DNA from: Chromatiales bacterium
GTDB lineage: Bacteria > Pseudomonadota > Gammaproteobacteria > SZUA-152
DNA length: 59,400 nucleotides
Direction of reading: 5' to 3'
Assembly: GCA_026982555.1 (NCBI GenBank)
Contig: JALSGT010000097.1
Coordinates: forward strand, 1-59,400
Shown here: positions 57,701 to 59,400 of the stretch, piece after piece
How the letters are laid out: every line of letters begins with the position of its first letter
Numbering within the stretch: position 1 is the first letter of the stretch
Program-made: the position numbers and the translations under genes
Notes under the pieces: generated by a model
The model's input: only the letters and a program-made list of their open reading frames with translations
The model's database searches: none
Told to the model about the DNA's origin: nothing

Positions 57701-58444
57701 CAGCATCACCGGTTTGGCGATGATCGTGAACGTTTTCGTTTCGACAGTGACTGGATTCCTGAATTCCGTGACTATGCCCGTTTCTTCGAAGAAATCATCA
57801 AGCAACCCGGCGTCGGTGATGACATCGACTTGTTCCAAATGGAGCTGTCGGTAAAATCACAAAAAGTCCGGGAGGAATTGATGCGGATGCTGCTTGATGA
57901 AGATGCCAATAAAGCGCTGCGGGAACTGGATCGCATTGGTGATTATCGCAACTACCGAAAATACGAAATCTACAAAGAAGTGGAAAACAAAGAACCCATT
58001 GCCCTGAGTGAATACGGCACTGGCAGCGGCGGCCAATTGGAAACCCCGGCTTATATTATTCGTTCGGCAGCCATCACCTCTGCATTTCGTTTTGCTGAAG
58101 GCAGTAATCACCTGCGTATGGTGCTGGTGGATGAGGCCTTCTCAAAAATGGATGAAACCCGCTCACGGGAAGTTATTGACTATTTGACCAAAGCCCTCGG
58201 TTTGCAACTGATCTTCATCATGCCCACCAGTAAATGTGGACCGTTTATGGATTTGATCAGTAATGAATTTGTATTCGCCAAATGTCCCAGTGAACAGCCC
58301 CGTGGCCAGCTTAACACCCGGGTACTGGTAGATCGCAAACAATGCAATACCGAAAAAATTCAGCAACTATGGGCTAACCATAAACGTACTGTTTACCAAC
58401 AGGCCGAACTGGATTTTATGGATGAAGTGTTGGAAGGGCAATGA
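54773..58444 (+). CDS. Wadjet JetC / MksB-like SMC ATPase
   Basis: VNWG start, Walker A GGNGSGKT, long coiled coils around a hinge, signature GSGGQ, Walker B/D-loop VLVDEAFSKMD. Confidence 0.88.
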   Translation: MFLKKFIFVNWGNIPQLEFEMGPINLLSGGNGSGKTTAADAIQTIMTAAHENLFQYNPGQDETTQRGRGGKRVRTLASYVLGCDDGSYARLDPIDGYLAAVFCPTKGESADPFTAVIGVRAWLDATGGQQIARQDDLLFLILPGEALTLAHFVREDKIGDKKTGQYITPLDKIQNLLIREFGQRRVQKYDTKKTYLRRLYAALRGQHDSVSETEATAAARAFSRFMAYKPVRSINDFVAHEILERKDLGEAIRAISGQLKTIHAMERDAAQLVESIGILENAEQQASQYIQQWIELNSLDFTLAQYEYLQRQRDYVKTKKQQSDYQRSLKENEAETELTEQRQKQLNEQLVHLEAQRLGISALQQKDELEQQRKQQQDKLTGMARRLLEQDNSLDNNLQATKAITKDLQHADLMDELPMMADLQIRQSAQNVVKEGGRGELDIPALLQTDLLNDLSPLELHLDQARAAQRLHNQWYEQWHQSGSLPDNTSLYEQLAKLVHNRGARYEKLKNQCRQKEQDIERLEAKQVSYPLFVERALAAIRRDCPQADPRVLCDHVEVSDPRWQMAIEGYLGMTRFSIIVDADCEAEAIRIVRQLPGRDNRARIIQGNKAQQDAERSSLPTDSLIHLLSFSHATAKHYLTASYGNVIQVASADALRQTRRGLTADGMGAGGYSMFRCDLPEGELVFGVAARERALKAKQQELASLNEQWQQANDQMQQASNMLDNVKKLQSLDYADAITYMLEIHRELHKLENLLAQLDLSEHTDLENKLTELRGQEQQLRQQQGSLKEGKGELQEKIRKINKRCETLADEQEKTQQVAEDREKNLLAIASEWPAFDADTRLTCAEKEAGELNENTAGIAINHRRGIQSDLHKSERKMDEEIQKHNQHCLPGDAIIYHHFNGDYDAALFRAICGLQRDLDRVFNRLKNNILVEKYDNLRQLKESFNNAFVTHFCHTIHQAINDGKRQIERLNKELQHHRFGDDRERFRFDSDWIPEFRDYARFFEEIIKQPGVGDDIDLFQMELSVKSQKVREELMRMLLDEDANKALRELDRIGDYRNYRKYEIYKEVENKEPIALSEYGTGSGGQLETPAYIIRSAAITSAFRFAEGSNHLRMVLVDEAFSKMDETRSREVIDYLTKALGLQLIFIMPTSKCGPFMDLISNEFVFAKCPSEQPRGQLNTRVLVDRKQCNTEKIQQLWANHKRTVYQQAELDFMDEVLEGQ

Positions 58445-58487
58445 TAAAAGGGCAGGGGGCGCGTAGTTTATTGATAATGCTGTGGGG

Positions 58488-59191
58488 TCAGTTAACGGAA
58501 TTCAGCCTCCGGTAAACATTGATTGGCGCTTTGTGGTGTGTCCGGGTGAATATCAATAAATCAGAATGCCTGCCAAATGCTTTGCGGGCATACCATTCTG
58601 TTTTAACCCGTAAATCTTCGATTCCATCATGGGTAAAGTCACCTCTGGCAAGCAGGGTGACATAAATTTCATCTTCATCATTTTTGTGACTGAGATGATG
58701 ATTTTTGCAGTGCTATCCATTTCAAGTGAAATGTTTGTTTCAGGTGCATAGTCGCCAAGCGTTTTGTGACTGAGTTGCTTTAGCTCATTATTAGTTAAAA
58801 GTGGTTTGGTCATGGCTGGCAGTTCAGAATAAAATGATATATCCGGTTTTGCCGGAAAGTAGGTGGTTTGGGCCTTCATTGCTTTTGCGAATTGTTTAAT
58901 GGCATTGCATGAGATGATGAGTTGTTTAAATCGAAAATATTCAAAATCAGCGATTGTGGATGAATCAATGTTTATGGCTTGATTACAGCTTTCCGGCTTT
59001 ATTGGTGTCCCTTTAATTGCCTGGTATTCATAACCGCTGAGCGAAGCATCCGTTTTATTTTTGTCAACGTCAAAGCCAGGAAGTGCCTGTATGTTTAAAG
59101 TGGCTTTTATCGGGTGATGCGTGTCGGCACAAGCCGATGAACCGATAGCCAGAAAAAAGCTGACAAGAATTAAAAAATATAATTTCTTCAT
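58488..59191 (-). pseudogene. Exported hypothetical protein gene with an apparent frameshift near 58680-58690
   Basis: Signal peptide MKKLYFLILVSFFLAIGSSACA from 59191. After the A5 run, the shifted frame reads NDEDEIYVTLLARGDFTHDGIEDL...RLNSVN* (stop at 58488), which is more protein-like than the in-frame tail. Confidence 0.55.
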
Positions 59192-59400
59192 GAGGGTTTG
59201 TGGTGTCAAGCCCGGATTATTTTTCACAGAAAGTTCATATAATCGCAATGAAAGATTCATGTTATATCTCCAGAATCAGCTGCGTCACTACAACTGAAAG
59301 GAGAATAGACAATGACTTTTTTTATCAGGGAATGGCCCAATAAAACGGCAACGTTAATGGCGGATAATGGCACGGTGTTGTGGACGTTTCCCAGTGTTGA

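Noticed and set aside
59208-59232. Possible IS-end remnant (CCCGGATTATTTTTCACAG)
   Set aside because: Single short motif with no partner repeat or transposase in the window; cannot be supported.
1-59400. tRNA, rRNA, integrase or transposase genes, and the many short antisense or nested ORFs in the track
   Set aside because: None recognised by eye; the nested ORFs overlap well-supported genes and lack motifs. A tRNAscan-SE/Infernal run would be needed to exclude small RNAs formally.

Overview
Gammaproteobacterial-type chromosomal window. Conserved housekeeping blocks are sucA-sucB-lpdA, dapC-dapD-arsC-like-dapE, fdxA-addB, mutS and an alkaline phosphatase; accessory DNA lies between them. (1) At the left edge is an unannotated 47-aa Gly/Met-repeat microprotein gene (minus strand, strong RBS), divergent across about 1.25 kb of AT-rich DNA from a chorismate-lyase-like gene and an Sfp-type PPTase. 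(2) An island of about 18 kb (22.3-39.9 kb) encodes exported or surface proteins. Three of them share a (GGGST)n stalk and a GlyGly-CTERM-like anchor: a di-heme HzsA-related protein, an alginate-lyase-family protein and a Kelch-like propeller protein. The last two carry a nearly identical C-terminal cassette of about 630 bp. (3) A GGA-rich CsrB/Rsm-like sRNA candidate lies at about 40.45-40.6 kb. (4) A GH17, unknown protein and GT2 trio resembles a split NdvB-type glucan synthase. (5) A Wadjet/MksBEF-like jetABC operon has no adjacent jetD. GTAG-type REPs and an IS1380-like miniature element are also present. All family assignments come from motif recognition by eye; no database searches were run.
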